This document shows positions 9,701-18,364 of a stretch of 64,000 nt of DNA, in pieces. Each line of letters begins with the position of its first letter. Within the stretch, counting starts at the first letter, position 1. The stretch lies in contig CAYVEO010000006.1 of the NCBI GenBank assembly GCA_964449965.1, positions 308-64,307 of the forward strand, given 5' to 3'. A program made the position numbers and the translations under genes. Under the pieces are notes generated by a model. That model ran no database searches and was not told the DNA's origin. It worked only from the letters and a program-made list of their open reading frames with translations. This DNA is from an uncultured Planctomycetia bacterium. Lineage in GTDB: Bacteria > Omnitrophota > Gorgyraeia > CAYVEO01.

Positions 9701-9877
9701 TGCCATCCTACCCAGGGAACATTTGTCCATCCTGTGGGTGAAAAATATATAGACCCGAGGACAGGTTCTATGCTCACATGCCTCTCATGCCACAACCCGC
9801 ACGGGACAGAGAATGAATATGTCCTGTATTACAAGAAAGATAGGGAGTTGTGTATACAATGTCACAAGGTAGAGTAA
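6749..9877 (+). CDS. giant multiheme c-type cytochrome (about 42 CxxCH motifs in 1042 aa)
   Basis: Signal peptide. I counted 42 CxxCH motifs, arranged in a repeating unit of about 25 aa (K..C..CH.PH.S....LL) reminiscent of polymerised c7-type domains. Confidence 0.85.
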   Translation: MSCRKTLLITIAFSLIFAISSDDGFAARRAKKKECLECHAEKKPQLKEKFVHKPFSKKECLKCHETHGFTNALKLKKWDAELCFDCHSDKKGEFTKSHVHPAITKGRCWDCHDPHASSNPKLLVKTDSDLCYACHSKEKTEFAKENIHPLVKDGKCLTCHMPHSSENESQLRNTGNGNCTSCHETAKEEFVSAHAGYDAGKINCTDCHNPHSSSHKKLFKESVHVPVSEKKCDTCHDAVSSEEPLRLKIPGNRLCTICHLDKEKDLGKKHVHAPFSSGPCLDCHTPHASGNKDLLIKKEKDVCLSCHDTEKSQMKLAHTHTPFRDGECSSCHNPHASNEEKLLSDSADKLCFSCHKAEEERLKSSHTHKPFKEGECLSCHNPHASENNYQLIKVGKELCLKCHTVTEEKKKKYTHDPFQIGDCSSCHDSHASDFDGQLKKADGEVCYTCHKNEMEELSKKHPHTPAKEGKCLGCHKPHSSDERNLLTTSPDNLCYTCHSALVQKFTKKHIHKPVQEKDCLKCHNPHSGDNKFQVKKEGADLCFSCHAGIESQFKKESVHFPVKQGRCSTCHNSHASEEALLLNNPLSKLCSTCHVQDKKFQDAHLNFAVEAADCLGCHNPHASDAKKGLPNEYIHPPYEKKDCKTCHEEENGLAKTALKKDIARVCLSCHTSEKEIFTKDVVHTPFKEGKCPTCHNPHTSKNKSLMKDTGSQLCFNCHKDKLKEFSKGYAHTPVQEGKCTGCHQAHGSGDKALLTNTGAKLCYTCHKDFENRLNKPVVHNPVKKGECLTCHSPHVSDNPGGIRKPETELCLSCHDSSSGPFKSAHATYPVEKAKCVTCHDPHSSDSKGLFRSHLHAPVGEKKCNLCHAPAQGVKPFSLVKPEDELCYSCHGDKVQAFKKGHVHAPVASGGCTTCHAPHASDYKFLLEDTGGMQCFKCHTEAKKKFDAKYVHTPVAKGECTSCHNPHSTDFPNLTMKESIELCNSCHPTQGTFVHPVGEKYIDPRTGSMLTCLSCHNPHGTENEYVLYYKKDRELCIQCHKVE

Positions 9878-11328
9878 TAAAAGGCGGGTTAAAACTAAAA
9901 TTAATATTGTCTGTATGTATTACTATTGCCTTCCTGATAGGTTTGCTCACATATCTTATAGTCCACATCCAGACTGATGCCATGCTGAAAAAAACCAGGA
10001 ATTCCAATCGTATGATGAGCCAGATGTTCTATCAGCATCTGGAACTTGCGATGCTCACAGGCAAAAGAGAAGAGATCCAAAGGTTATTGCAGGATGTTGG
10101 CAAATATGAAGGTATCAGAGCCATCAAGATATTTGATGAAACAGGCAGGATAGTATTTTGTTCAAATCCCCAGTTTATCGGACAGAAGATAGACTTTCAT
10201 CACATGGATATATTTAAAGAAGAAAATATACATAGGACACTTGATTTTACGGAAAGTCATGATGAGTTCCACCTCGTTACACCTATCAGGAACAAAAGGG
10301 AATGTCAGAGATGCCATGGTGTTGAAAAAGAATTCATGGGGGCATTGGACCTGGATATATCATTGGCATCTATGATAAAAGATGTTGCCACGAACAGAAA
10401 CGTTATGATTTCATTTGCAATACTGACAATACTTGTTGTATCATTAGTAATATCCCTCTTTACTATGAAATTCGTCAGCCGTCCCATAACGCATCTCATA
10501 GGCACAATGCAGGAGGTAGAAAAAGGTAATTTAAACAAACGGGTAAATCTGGCAACCAACGATGAATTGGGCATGTTAGGTGAAAGTTTTAATTCAATGA
10601 TATCTAAGTTAGATGAGGCAAAAAAAGAACTGCAAGTCCTGCACGAGAGCGAACTCGCGAGGGCAGACAGATTAGCTTCTATAGGAGAACTTGCCTCTGG
10701 TATAGCCCATGAGATAAAGAATCCATTAGCAGGAATAGGTGCTGCCATTCAAGTTCTATCTGAAGGTGTCGCAAAAGATGACCCCCAAAAAGAGGTGCTG
10801 GATGAGATAATAAAGCAGATAGAAAGACTGAACAAGACGATAAAGGATTTCTTGGCTTATGCCAGACCGACTGAGCCCCGTATGGCAATATACGACATAA
10901 CTGATGTTGCGAAAAAGGCGGCCTTCTTGATAAGGAAACAGGCAGAAAACCAGAAGGTTGCAATAGAAGAGAATTATAAATACAATATCCCGGGATTACT
11001 GATAGACCCGGAACAGGTCCAGCAGGTTATGGTAAATATCATGCTCAACGCGGTTCAGGCGATGCCTGAGGGGGGCAGGTTAATAATATCAGCGAAGGCT
11101 GAACCTAAATTCGCAGAACTCTCCATCACCGATACAGGCAAAGGTATTCCAAAAGATAATCTTGCTAAAATCTTTACACCATTTTATACTACAAAACATC
11201 AAGGGACCGGATTAGGGCTCTCTATCAGTAACAGGATTATAGAGAAGCATAATGGGAGTATAAGGGTGGAGAGTGAGGTAGGGAAAGGCACTACATTCAG
11301 GATTAGGCTGCCAATAAAAGATGTCTAA
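9850..11328 (+). CDS. sensor histidine kinase with periplasmic heme-c (CxxCH) sensor domain
   Basis: Two TM helices flank a periplasmic domain of about 165 aa containing CQRCH. HAMP region, HisKA H-box (ELASGIAHEIKNPL) and HATPase_c motifs (DTGKGI, GTGLGL). Confidence 0.8.
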   Translation: MYTMSQGRVIKGGLKLKLILSVCITIAFLIGLLTYLIVHIQTDAMLKKTRNSNRMMSQMFYQHLELAMLTGKREEIQRLLQDVGKYEGIRAIKIFDETGRIVFCSNPQFIGQKIDFHHMDIFKEENIHRTLDFTESHDEFHLVTPIRNKRECQRCHGVEKEFMGALDLDISLASMIKDVATNRNVMISFAILTILVVSLVISLFTMKFVSRPITHLIGTMQEVEKGNLNKRVNLATNDELGMLGESFNSMISKLDEAKKELQVLHESELARADRLASIGELASGIAHEIKNPLAGIGAAIQVLSEGVAKDDPQKEVLDEIIKQIERLNKTIKDFLAYARPTEPRMAIYDITDVAKKAAFLIRKQAENQKVAIEENYKYNIPGLLIDPEQVQQVMVNIMLNAVQAMPEGGRLIISAKAEPKFAELSITDTGKGIPKDNLAKIFTPFYTTKHQGTGLGLSISNRIIEKHNGSIRVESEVGKGTTFRIRLPIKDV

Positions 11329-12706
11329 ATTTAAAATCCTTGTCGTAGATGATGAAAAACTGGTAAGGTGGTCATTAGAACATGCCCTTACCATGGAGGG
11401 GTATGCCGTATCCACTGCTGAGACAGGTGAGGAGGCAATCCATAAGATTAAGGGTGAGTCTCCTGACCTCATCCTGCTTGATGTAAAACTTCCTGGTGGA
11501 ATTGACGGTATCGCAGTATTGGCAAAACTCAGGGAATTTGATAAAGAGGCGATAGCGATTATGCTCACAGCCCATGATACAGCAGAGGCTGCAGTCCGTG
11601 CATTGAAATTAGGGGCGTATGAATATATATGCAAACCTTTTAATCTTGATGAATTGAAGATTATTATCAAAAATGCCTTTGAAACGGTAAGCTTACGGCG
11701 GCAGGTGGCGATTATCCGCTCAAGACAGGAAGCAGAGTTTGGATTTGACAACATTATTGGAAAGAGCCCGGCAATGCATGAGGTATTCACTATGATTAAA
11801 AAGGTATCAGAGACTGATACTACGACAATCCTCCTCTTGGGTGAAAGCGGAACCGGGAAGGACCTGGTTGCAAGGACGATTCATTATTCTGGCTCAAGAA
11901 AAGACAGCCCTTTTCTTGAGGTAAATTGTGCCGCACTTCCGGAGAACCTTCTGGAGAGTGAGTTGTTAGGATACGAAAAAGGAGCCTTCACCGATGCCAA
12001 GTCACAGAAGAAGGGCATGTTTGAATTAGCAGACGGAGGTTCTATATTTCTTGACGAGATAGGCGATATGAAGTTATCAATGCAGGTAAAACTCTTGAAG
12101 GTGATTGAGGATAAAAGATTCAAAAGGATTGGTGGGACGAGCGATGTAGAGGTTGACGTCCGGATTATCGCTGCCAGTAACAGGGACTTAGCAAAGGCTG
12201 TTAAAGAAGAGAAGTTCAGGGAAGACCTTTACTACAGGTTGAATATAGTGCCCATTACCATTCCGCCGCTGCGGGAACGAAAAGAGGATATCCCTCTATT
12301 AATAAAATTCTTCATTGATAAATTTAATAGTGAGTTCAAAAAGGATGTTAAAGGTATATCAAAAAAAGCTGAGGAACTACTTCTCAACTACGCATGGCCC
12401 GGAAACGTGAGAGAGATAAAGAACGTCATAGAACGGGCAATGATTTTAGAGAACATTGGAATTATATCAGACAGTCATCTGCCTATAGAGATAGGGGGTT
12501 ACGAATCAGTTCCTGTTAAAGAAATAAAGGGTTTGTTTAAAATACCTCTTCAGGGAATTGATATGGAAGAGGTTGAAAAAGAATTAGTCCGGCAGGCATT
12601 GGACATGGCGGTCGGGAATCAGACCAGGGCAGCAAAACTTCTCAACATTAAAAGAGATGCGCTCAGATACAAGATGCAAAAATTCGGATTTCTTGCAGAA
12701 AAGTAG
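11321..12706 (+). CDS. sigma-54-dependent response regulator (NtrC family)
   Basis: REC domain (ILVVDDE...LLDVKLPG). AAA+ sigma-54 activator domain (GESGTGKD, GAFTDA, ESELFGYEKGAFT). C-terminal Fis-type HTH. Confidence 0.9.
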   Translation: MSKFKILVVDDEKLVRWSLEHALTMEGYAVSTAETGEEAIHKIKGESPDLILLDVKLPGGIDGIAVLAKLREFDKEAIAIMLTAHDTAEAAVRALKLGAYEYICKPFNLDELKIIIKNAFETVSLRRQVAIIRSRQEAEFGFDNIIGKSPAMHEVFTMIKKVSETDTTTILLLGESGTGKDLVARTIHYSGSRKDSPFLEVNCAALPENLLESELLGYEKGAFTDAKSQKKGMFELADGGSIFLDEIGDMKLSMQVKLLKVIEDKRFKRIGGTSDVEVDVRIIAASNRDLAKAVKEEKFREDLYYRLNIVPITIPPLRERKEDIPLLIKFFIDKFNSEFKKDVKGISKKAEELLLNYAWPGNVREIKNVIERAMILENIGIISDSHLPIEIGGYESVPVKEIKGLFKIPLQGIDMEEVEKELVRQALDMAVGNQTRAAKLLNIKRDALRYKMQKFGFLAEK

Positions 12707-12794
12707 GAGGCATATTTACCTCTCATCGGACGTTTGTTTGCCCCTGCGTGTCAAACTTCACTCATTTTTTGCGCTCGCTCGTCCGCCAAAAAGA

Positions 12795-12810
12795 TGGCGG
12801 ACACCGTGCC
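12795..12810 (+). promoter_or_regulatory. candidate sigma-54 promoter TGGCGGACACCGTGCC (GG/GC 12 nt apart)
   Basis: -24 TGGC and -12 TGC at the consensus spacing. The predicted start (about 12821) lies 4 nt before the ATG at 12825. Overlaps a GTCCGCC/GGCGGAC hairpin that may terminate the upstream regulator gene. Confidence 0.35.
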
Positions 12811-12824
12811 CGCTCGCACAAAAG

Positions 12825-13751
12825 ATGCCTCTTCAAGGCAAATATGCCTCCTACTTAATTATAATATTACTGTACGCTTTCCCTGGTTTTTGTGAAGAGG
12901 TTAACCCAGCCAAATTCATATTCAGTATTGAGAGAGAGGCAAGCGAGGCATTAGAGAAACCAAAAGAAATATTTATAGACGTAGAGCATAGAGAAATCTA
13001 CGTGATAGACAATAAGGGAAAGGTAAGGCTCCAGGTATTTAATCTGGAAGGCTCATTTCTATACGACTTAGATATAGGGACAAAATTTAGCCTTATATCC
13101 GGTATTGGGGTATCAAAATCCGGCAGGATTTACATATCAGTCCCCGCTGCAAAAGAGGTGACAATCCTTGATTTTCGCGGGAAATTTATCAATAAACTGG
13201 ATTTCTCCGATATTCCTGAAACAAAAGAACTTCTCCCCGGGAAACTAACCCTTGATGCGGATGGAAACCTGTATTGCATTGACCACAAGAATCAACAGGT
13301 TCTGGTATTTGATGATAGGGATGGTTTCAAATTTAAATTCGGGTCAAAGGGAAATGATGACGGTAAATTTCAAAATATTTCAGACATAACGGTTTCTCAC
13401 AGCAATATATTTGTCTTAGATGCTTATCTGGGACGCATCTCAGTCTTTGATAAGGAAGGGAAGTTCCTGTTAAAATTCGGGCAAAAGGGCAGCGGTGTAG
13501 GCAAGATGAGCCAGCCATCAGGAATTGCCGTAGATAAGGACGGGAATATTTTTATAGCAGATAGTTTCAGGCACAATGTTCTTGTATTTAATAAGGATTA
13601 TAACCTGTGGTTTGAATTTGGTGGATTAGGAACAGGAACTAACTGGTTTATAAATCCTTCTGAGATAGCCATTGACGAAACGGGACGTATCTATGTAGTT
13701 GACTGGGGCAATGGCCGTATACAGGTATTTGAAATTGAGAAACCAAAATAA
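12825..13751 (+). CDS. secreted NHL-repeat beta-propeller protein (ORF-track start 12657 rejected)
   Basis: Signal peptide YLIIILLYAFPGFC followed by six repeats of the Y.[VA]D..N.R[IV]..F type. It is the gene immediately downstream of the sigma-54 regulator. Confidence 0.75.
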   Translation: MPLQGKYASYLIIILLYAFPGFCEEVNPAKFIFSIEREASEALEKPKEIFIDVEHREIYVIDNKGKVRLQVFNLEGSFLYDLDIGTKFSLISGIGVSKSGRIYISVPAAKEVTILDFRGKFINKLDFSDIPETKELLPGKLTLDADGNLYCIDHKNQQVLVFDDRDGFKFKFGSKGNDDGKFQNISDITVSHSNIFVLDAYLGRISVFDKEGKFLLKFGQKGSGVGKMSQPSGIAVDKDGNIFIADSFRHNVLVFNKDYNLWFEFGGLGTGTNWFINPSEIAIDETGRIYVVDWGNGRIQVFEIEKPK

Positions 13752-13817
13752 ATCCAATAAAGTTTTTGAGGTGGAAATTTCTTGCTTTTAGAGGGGATTT
13801 CTGGTAAGATATAAATA

Positions 13818-14120
13818 ATGAAAAAACTTCCTGGGTTCCTAAAAAAATATTTTTGGGATGTAGAATTTAAAAAAATAGACCCGAATAAAACTAAGATATA
13901 CGTTCTGAGGCGAATTCTTGATTATGGAGATGAGAAAGCAGTTACCTGGATGTACAAGAATTTTAAAAAATCAGAGATAAAAAATGCCTTGTCTAATTTT
14001 CGTGGCTATTCTCAAAAAAGTGCTAATTACTGGGCTCTTATATTAGATATACCAAAGGAAGAGGTATTATGTTTGAAGAAACGCTCATTAAGGGAGCGAA
14101 GGATATTCTGGCCTTATTAG
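13818..14120 (+). CDS. small hypothetical protein, possible cognate partner (antitoxin-like) of the downstream nucleotidyltransferase
   Basis: 100 aa basic protein overlapping the start of the next gene. No recognisable motif. Confidence 0.3.
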   Translation: MKKLPGFLKKYFWDVEFKKIDPNKTKIYVLRRILDYGDEKAVTWMYKNFKKSEIKNALSNFRGYSQKSANYWALILDIPKEEVLCLKKRSLRERRIFWPY

Positions 14121-14692
14121 GTCGTTCAAATATCTTAAAAGATGCATATTTGGCAGGTGGTACGGCAGCAGCCCTCCAATTAGGACACCGTATTTCTGTA
14201 GATTTTGACTTTTTTACTTCTAAGGAATTTGTGCCCAGAGTTTTTTCTACTGAACTATCAAAATTGGGTTCCTTTGACGAGGAACAGGCAGACAAAGGGA
14301 CCGTCTTAGGGGAATTTAAGGGGATAAAATTCAGCCTTTTTATCTATAAATACCCCTTAATTTTTCCTCCTAAAAAATATTTGTCATTGAATATAGCCGA
14401 TATTAGAGACATTGCCGCAATGAAAATAGACGCTATAGCAACTCGTGGGGCAAAGAGGGATTTTATTGATTCGTATTTTATATGTAAAGATGGTTACGGA
14501 TTAGATGAAATATTGGGGTTTTACAATAAAAAATACGGGAAATTGGTTTCTAATCTTATTCATCTTCAGAAAAGTTTAGTATATTTTAATGATGCTGAAC
14601 CAGAGATAATGCCAAAGATGTTAAAGAAAGTGAAGTGGGAAGAAATAAAAAAATATTTTGAGAACGAAGTAAAGAGATTGACAAGAGAATAA
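14069..14692 (+). CDS. nucleotidyltransferase of the AbiEii/DUF1814 toxin-like family
   Basis: LAGGTAAALQLGHRISVDFDFF ... DIRDIAAMKIDAIATRGAKRDFIDSYFI matches the minimal nucleotidyltransferase fold of AbiEii-type type IV toxins. Confidence 0.55.
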   Translation: MFEETLIKGAKDILALLGRSNILKDAYLAGGTAAALQLGHRISVDFDFFTSKEFVPRVFSTELSKLGSFDEEQADKGTVLGEFKGIKFSLFIYKYPLIFPPKKYLSLNIADIRDIAAMKIDAIATRGAKRDFIDSYFICKDGYGLDEILGFYNKKYGKLVSNLIHLQKSLVYFNDAEPEIMPKMLKKVKWEEIKKYFENEVKRLTRE

Positions 14693-14912
14693 GAAAAATT
14701 ACGCAAGAGTGCGTGAAATGCCGCAAGACATATCTTTAATAATTACAAAGTATTACGCTATTTTCCATGAGTTTTTGGATTAAACTGTGAATAATTTCGC
14801 AACCTGCATGATTTAAAACCTTCCTTAATGGGACGTCTCCCAAAAATATTTCCATATATAACCATATAATCCACATTGGGTTACATAAACACATTCCTTA
14901 AAATTATAGATT

Positions 14913-14928
14913 TGGCACGGAAATTGCT
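14913..14928 (+). promoter_or_regulatory. sigma-54 promoter TGGCACGGAAATTGCT (perfect -24/-12 consensus)
   Basis: TGGCAC-N5-TTGC with GG and GC 12 nt apart. The predicted start (about 14939) lies 2 nt before the ATG at 14941, giving an essentially leaderless transcript. Confidence 0.6.
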
Positions 14929-14940
14929 AATAATATAGGT

Positions 14941-15318
14941 ATGGTTGAAAAATATAGAATCCTGATAGTAGATGATGACAAATTAGTCAGGTGGTCTTTG
15001 ATAGAGGTTTTAAATAAAAATGGCTACGAGGCTACTTCTACTGAAACAGGAGAAGAGGCTATTAATAAGATTGAAGATGTAAAGTTTGATTTGGTTATAA
15101 CTGATTTGAGACTACCCGGGATAGGCGGATTTGAGGTCTTAAACAGGGTAAAAGAAATCAATCCATCTACAAAGGTAATCATGATTACTGCTTATGGCAG
15201 TGAAGGTGTAGCAAATGAGGCAAGGGAAAAGGGAGCCGAACTATTCGTGAATAAGCCTTTTGAGATAAATAGGATTAGAGAAGAGGTAAAGGAGATATTA
15301 TTAAAGGGAGGGGATTAG
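14941..15318 (+). CDS. single-domain response regulator (CheY-like receiver)
   Basis: 125 aa with RILIVDDD and the phospho-acceptor region DLVITDLRLPG. No output domain. Confidence 0.85.
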   Translation: MVEKYRILIVDDDKLVRWSLIEVLNKNGYEATSTETGEEAINKIEDVKFDLVITDLRLPGIGGFEVLNRVKEINPSTKVIMITAYGSEGVANEAREKGAELFVNKPFEINRIREEVKEILLKGGD

Positions 15319-15376
15319 AATGTGTAAGACTAAAGATATAAGGATTAAAAAAATAAGAGAGAAAGGAGGGATAGAG

Positions 15377-16393
15377 ATGAAGGGGATAGCAAGATATATT
15401 CTGATAGTGATGGGTGTAATAGCACTGGCAATGATTCTACCAATGGATAGTGTCTATGCAGTTCATAAGGGGGCAGGCGGATTGGACTGTTCAGGATGCC
15501 ATACTATGCACAATAGCCAGCAGGGTTCAACAATGGGTGGCGGTCCAACAGGGAGACTTTTAAAGGCAGCCGATACAGAAGGGCTATGTCTCTCGTGTCA
15601 TGATACTGCAGGCTCTCAATATACCACATATCAGGCGACTGTTCCGGCAGTGAAAGGAACCCCGTCTGGTACACCTGCGGCAGGAAATTTCACGGATTTA
15701 GACGGGACGAATGATGCCGCAGGGCAGACAGCCAAGGGTAAAGGGCATAACTTAGGTGAGGGGGCAGCTACATTAACTCCTCCGGGTGGAGCATCAATGA
15801 CTGGCTTTACCTGCACAAATTGCCACGACCCGCATGGTGTATCTACCGACAGTACTTCAGTTTCTGCATTCAGAAATCTGAGATTTAATCCAACTGGCTC
15901 AGGTGGTGGTGGACCATCAGTAATCAATGCAGGTCCTGCTGAAGGGACATTGGCAAGTGCAGTATATCCTGAGACGACTTACTATTATGGAAAGGTAACT
16001 GGTGGAGCCGCACTGAGTAATATATCCCAGTGGTGCGGGACATGCCATGATTCATTCTATGGCGATTCCAATACTGGTACAGCATCGCCTTATACACGTC
16101 ATGCGACCGGGAATCCTACAACGGCTCATAATTTGAGCGCTGTTGACTATACAAATTACTCTGGTGTAACAGAGGCAAGCAGGTTCCCTGCTGAAGATAG
16201 TGCTACAAGTGCAACTGCCAATAGTAGTAATACTACCAATAAGGCGGCAGGAAATGAGTCTGCTGATGGAGTTTTATGCTTATCATGCCATAAGGCACAT
16301 GCTACGGCTAATACTGATAGCTTGAGGTGGAGTTATGCAGCTGCGGCACAGTCCTCACCAGGCAGCGCTTGCCAGCAGTGTCATAACAAGTAA
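15377..16393 (+). CDS. hexaheme c-type cytochrome, Gly/Thr/Ser-rich (start at 15377 with a GGAGG RBS preferred over 15320)
   Basis: Signal anchor. Six CxxCH motifs (CSGCH, CLSCH, CTNCH, CGTCH, CLSCH, CQQCH). Low-complexity G/T/S-rich linkers. Confidence 0.75.
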   Translation: MKGIARYILIVMGVIALAMILPMDSVYAVHKGAGGLDCSGCHTMHNSQQGSTMGGGPTGRLLKAADTEGLCLSCHDTAGSQYTTYQATVPAVKGTPSGTPAAGNFTDLDGTNDAAGQTAKGKGHNLGEGAATLTPPGGASMTGFTCTNCHDPHGVSTDSTSVSAFRNLRFNPTGSGGGGPSVINAGPAEGTLASAVYPETTYYYGKVTGGAALSNISQWCGTCHDSFYGDSNTGTASPYTRHATGNPTTAHNLSAVDYTNYSGVTEASRFPAEDSATSATANSSNTTNKAAGNESADGVLCLSCHKAHATANTDSLRWSYAAAAQSSPGSACQQCHNK

Positions 16394-16522
16394 GTGAGAC
16401 GCAGGAAGGTAGTGAATTACCTTCTGAAGGTAACAAAAGGGTGTCAGTAGGTTTTCTACCTTTGACACCCTTTTTTCTTGCTTGACTTTGGGAGCAGAAT
16501 ATGCTAATTTGTATATAACATT

Positions 16523-17431
16523 ATGATGCTGCCTATAGTTATATTGTTTATTCTGACCAGGCAATTAGTTGCAGTTGCAGATGATACGCCTAAATTAAAA
16601 TATCTATATTCTATAAGTGAGTTAACTAAAAGCGAGGGCATATCAGAACCCCAGTCAATATTTATTGATAAACTGCATGATGAGATATATATAAGTGATA
16701 CAGGGAATAACCGTATTCTTGTATTTAACAAGGATGGATTACTAATTCAGAAGATTGATGGAGCAAAAAATATAATCTCACCTCTGGGGATAGCTGTTGA
16801 CGTTAAATTAGGTAACATCTACGTTAGCGAAAGAGAAAGCGGAAAATTAAAAGTCTTAAATTTTAGGGGTGAAGGAATCTTAGATATAGATCTTTCTAAA
16901 TTAGGCAGAAGTAGTATATCAATTGGCAGGCTCACACTTGATAAGTCGGGGAATTTATACGCTATTGATGGTATGAATCAGGAAATTCTTTCTTTTGACA
17001 TGTCAGGAAATTTCAGATTTAGATTTGGCGGCATCGGAACTAAAGAAGGACAATTTGAGATGTTACAGGATATAGGGATAGATGAAGACGGCAGGGTCTA
17101 TGCAGTCAGTTCCTTGGGGACTTCTGTTCAGGTATTTGACCGTGACGGCAGATACCTATCTGGTTTTGGTAAACATGGGGCTGATGAAGCAAAACTATCA
17201 TTTCCAGCAGGTATAGGGATAGACAGAAATAATAGACTTTGGCTTACTGACAGTTTCCAGCATTCTTTAAAGGTATTTGACCATAACGGGAAGTTTCTCT
17301 TTAAATGGGGAAATATGGGGAGCGGGAATGGTGACTTTTTATTCCCGGTAGACATTGATTTTGATAGTAAGGGGAATATCTATGTCCTGGAAAAAGGGAA
17401 TAGTCGTGTTCAAGTATTTGAGGAACAATGA
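16523..17431 (+). CDS. secreted NHL-repeat beta-propeller protein
   Basis: Signal peptide. Six NHL-type repeats (YISDTGNNRILVFN, YVSERESGKLKVLNF, LYAIDGMNQEILSFD, VYAVSSLGTSVQVFD, LWLTDSFQHSLKVFD, IYVLEKGNSRVQVFE). Confidence 0.8.
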   Translation: MMLPIVILFILTRQLVAVADDTPKLKYLYSISELTKSEGISEPQSIFIDKLHDEIYISDTGNNRILVFNKDGLLIQKIDGAKNIISPLGIAVDVKLGNIYVSERESGKLKVLNFRGEGILDIDLSKLGRSSISIGRLTLDKSGNLYAIDGMNQEILSFDMSGNFRFRFGGIGTKEGQFEMLQDIGIDEDGRVYAVSSLGTSVQVFDRDGRYLSGFGKHGADEAKLSFPAGIGIDRNNRLWLTDSFQHSLKVFDHNGKFLFKWGNMGSGNGDFLFPVDIDFDSKGNIYVLEKGNSRVQVFEEQ

Positions 17432-18356
17432 AATTCTTCCTGCAATTCTTGCAATCATTGTGTGGTCTGTTGCTGTCCCTGTTTCAGCAGGAGACTATCA
17501 CACTGTAGGCACTTCAAGTCTTATATGTTCGGACTGCCACACTATTCACTACACCCAGTTAGGGACAAGATATGAGGCAGGTGGACCATGGCCAAGGTTA
17601 CTGTTATATTCTGCTATAACAGGATTATGTCTATCCTGCCATGATGGGCAGACATCCATCCCTGATGTCCTGCAGGCAGCGGGTGCAGGCCAGCCTGCTA
17701 ACAGGGCTGCAGGTGCATTTCAGGCATTGTCCGGAAACTCTACGCCTAACGGTCATAATTTAGGTGTGGCAGGGACGCCTCCCGGAGGGACAGGCTCAAT
17801 GACTCTTACATGCACATCCTGTCATGACCCGCATGGTACTACTAATTACAGGAATCTTAAAACAAGCGTTGGCAGTGGTGGGGCAGCAATTACGTATTCT
17901 GCAGGTGGTTCTAATGACCTTGCTAAATGGGTGTGGGAGATTGCAACGACGCCGATGGCAACACACTATGATGTGAGCAATATAAGGTATAATGAACCCG
18001 TTACAACTGACTCCACATTCAGCGGGTGGTGTGGAGGCTGCCATGGGGATTTTCATGGACTCGTAAACACAGGCGACCCTGAACCATGGACCAGACACCC
18101 TACGGCAAAGGCAAATGTCTCTGCAACTACAAAAACCGATTATACTAACTGGAGCGGGATTACAGGCTCACGTGTTCCTGTAATGAGTGCAAGCGGGACT
18201 GTCCCTGCAACTGATAACACACCCTCGTGTCCATCGTGCCATAAGGCACATGGGTCAGGAAACAAATACGGACTTATATTTGATAATCCGTCAACTGCGT
18301 CATTAGAGGATGGGACGAGCATATTACAGACATGCCAGCAGTGTCATAATCAATAA
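17355..18356 (+). CDS. hexaheme c-type cytochrome, paralog of the 15377 gene
   Basis: Six CxxCH motifs (CSDCH, CLSCH, CTSCH, CGGCH, CPSCH, CQQCH). Same architecture and G/T/S-rich linkers as 15377-16393. The true start may be M10 at 17382. Confidence 0.7.
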   Translation: MILIVRGISMSWKKGIVVFKYLRNNEILPAILAIIVWSVAVPVSAGDYHTVGTSSLICSDCHTIHYTQLGTRYEAGGPWPRLLLYSAITGLCLSCHDGQTSIPDVLQAAGAGQPANRAAGAFQALSGNSTPNGHNLGVAGTPPGGTGSMTLTCTSCHDPHGTTNYRNLKTSVGSGGAAITYSAGGSNDLAKWVWEIATTPMATHYDVSNIRYNEPVTTDSTFSGWCGGCHGDFHGLVNTGDPEPWTRHPTAKANVSATTKTDYTNWSGITGSRVPVMSASGTVPATDNTPSCPSCHKAHGSGNKYGLIFDNPSTASLEDGTSILQTCQQCHNQ

Positions 18357-18364
18357 GGGGTTAT

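Noticed and set aside
6749-9877. Strong periodicity of about 75-80 bp, superficially like a CRISPR array
   Set aside because: The periodicity is the coding repeat of heme-binding modules inside one long ORF. There are no spacer/repeat units with identical repeats, so it is not a CRISPR array.
15320-15376. Upstream start at 15320 for the hexaheme cytochrome (MCKTKDIRIKK...)
   Set aside because: A GGAGG RBS precedes the ATG at 15377, which begins a normal signal peptide. The extension has no hydrophobic character.
15631-15927. Antisense or same-strand shadow ORFs in the six-frame track (for example 352-612 +, 1212-1529 -, 7119-7307 -, 10305-10748 -, 11212-11790 -, 15631-15927 -, 28206-28664 -, 32836-33182 -, 32938-33435 +, 52337-52570 -)
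   Set aside because: Each lies entirely inside a longer ORF that has clear family signatures. They have no RBS or motifs and are typical of codon-biased coding regions read in other frames.
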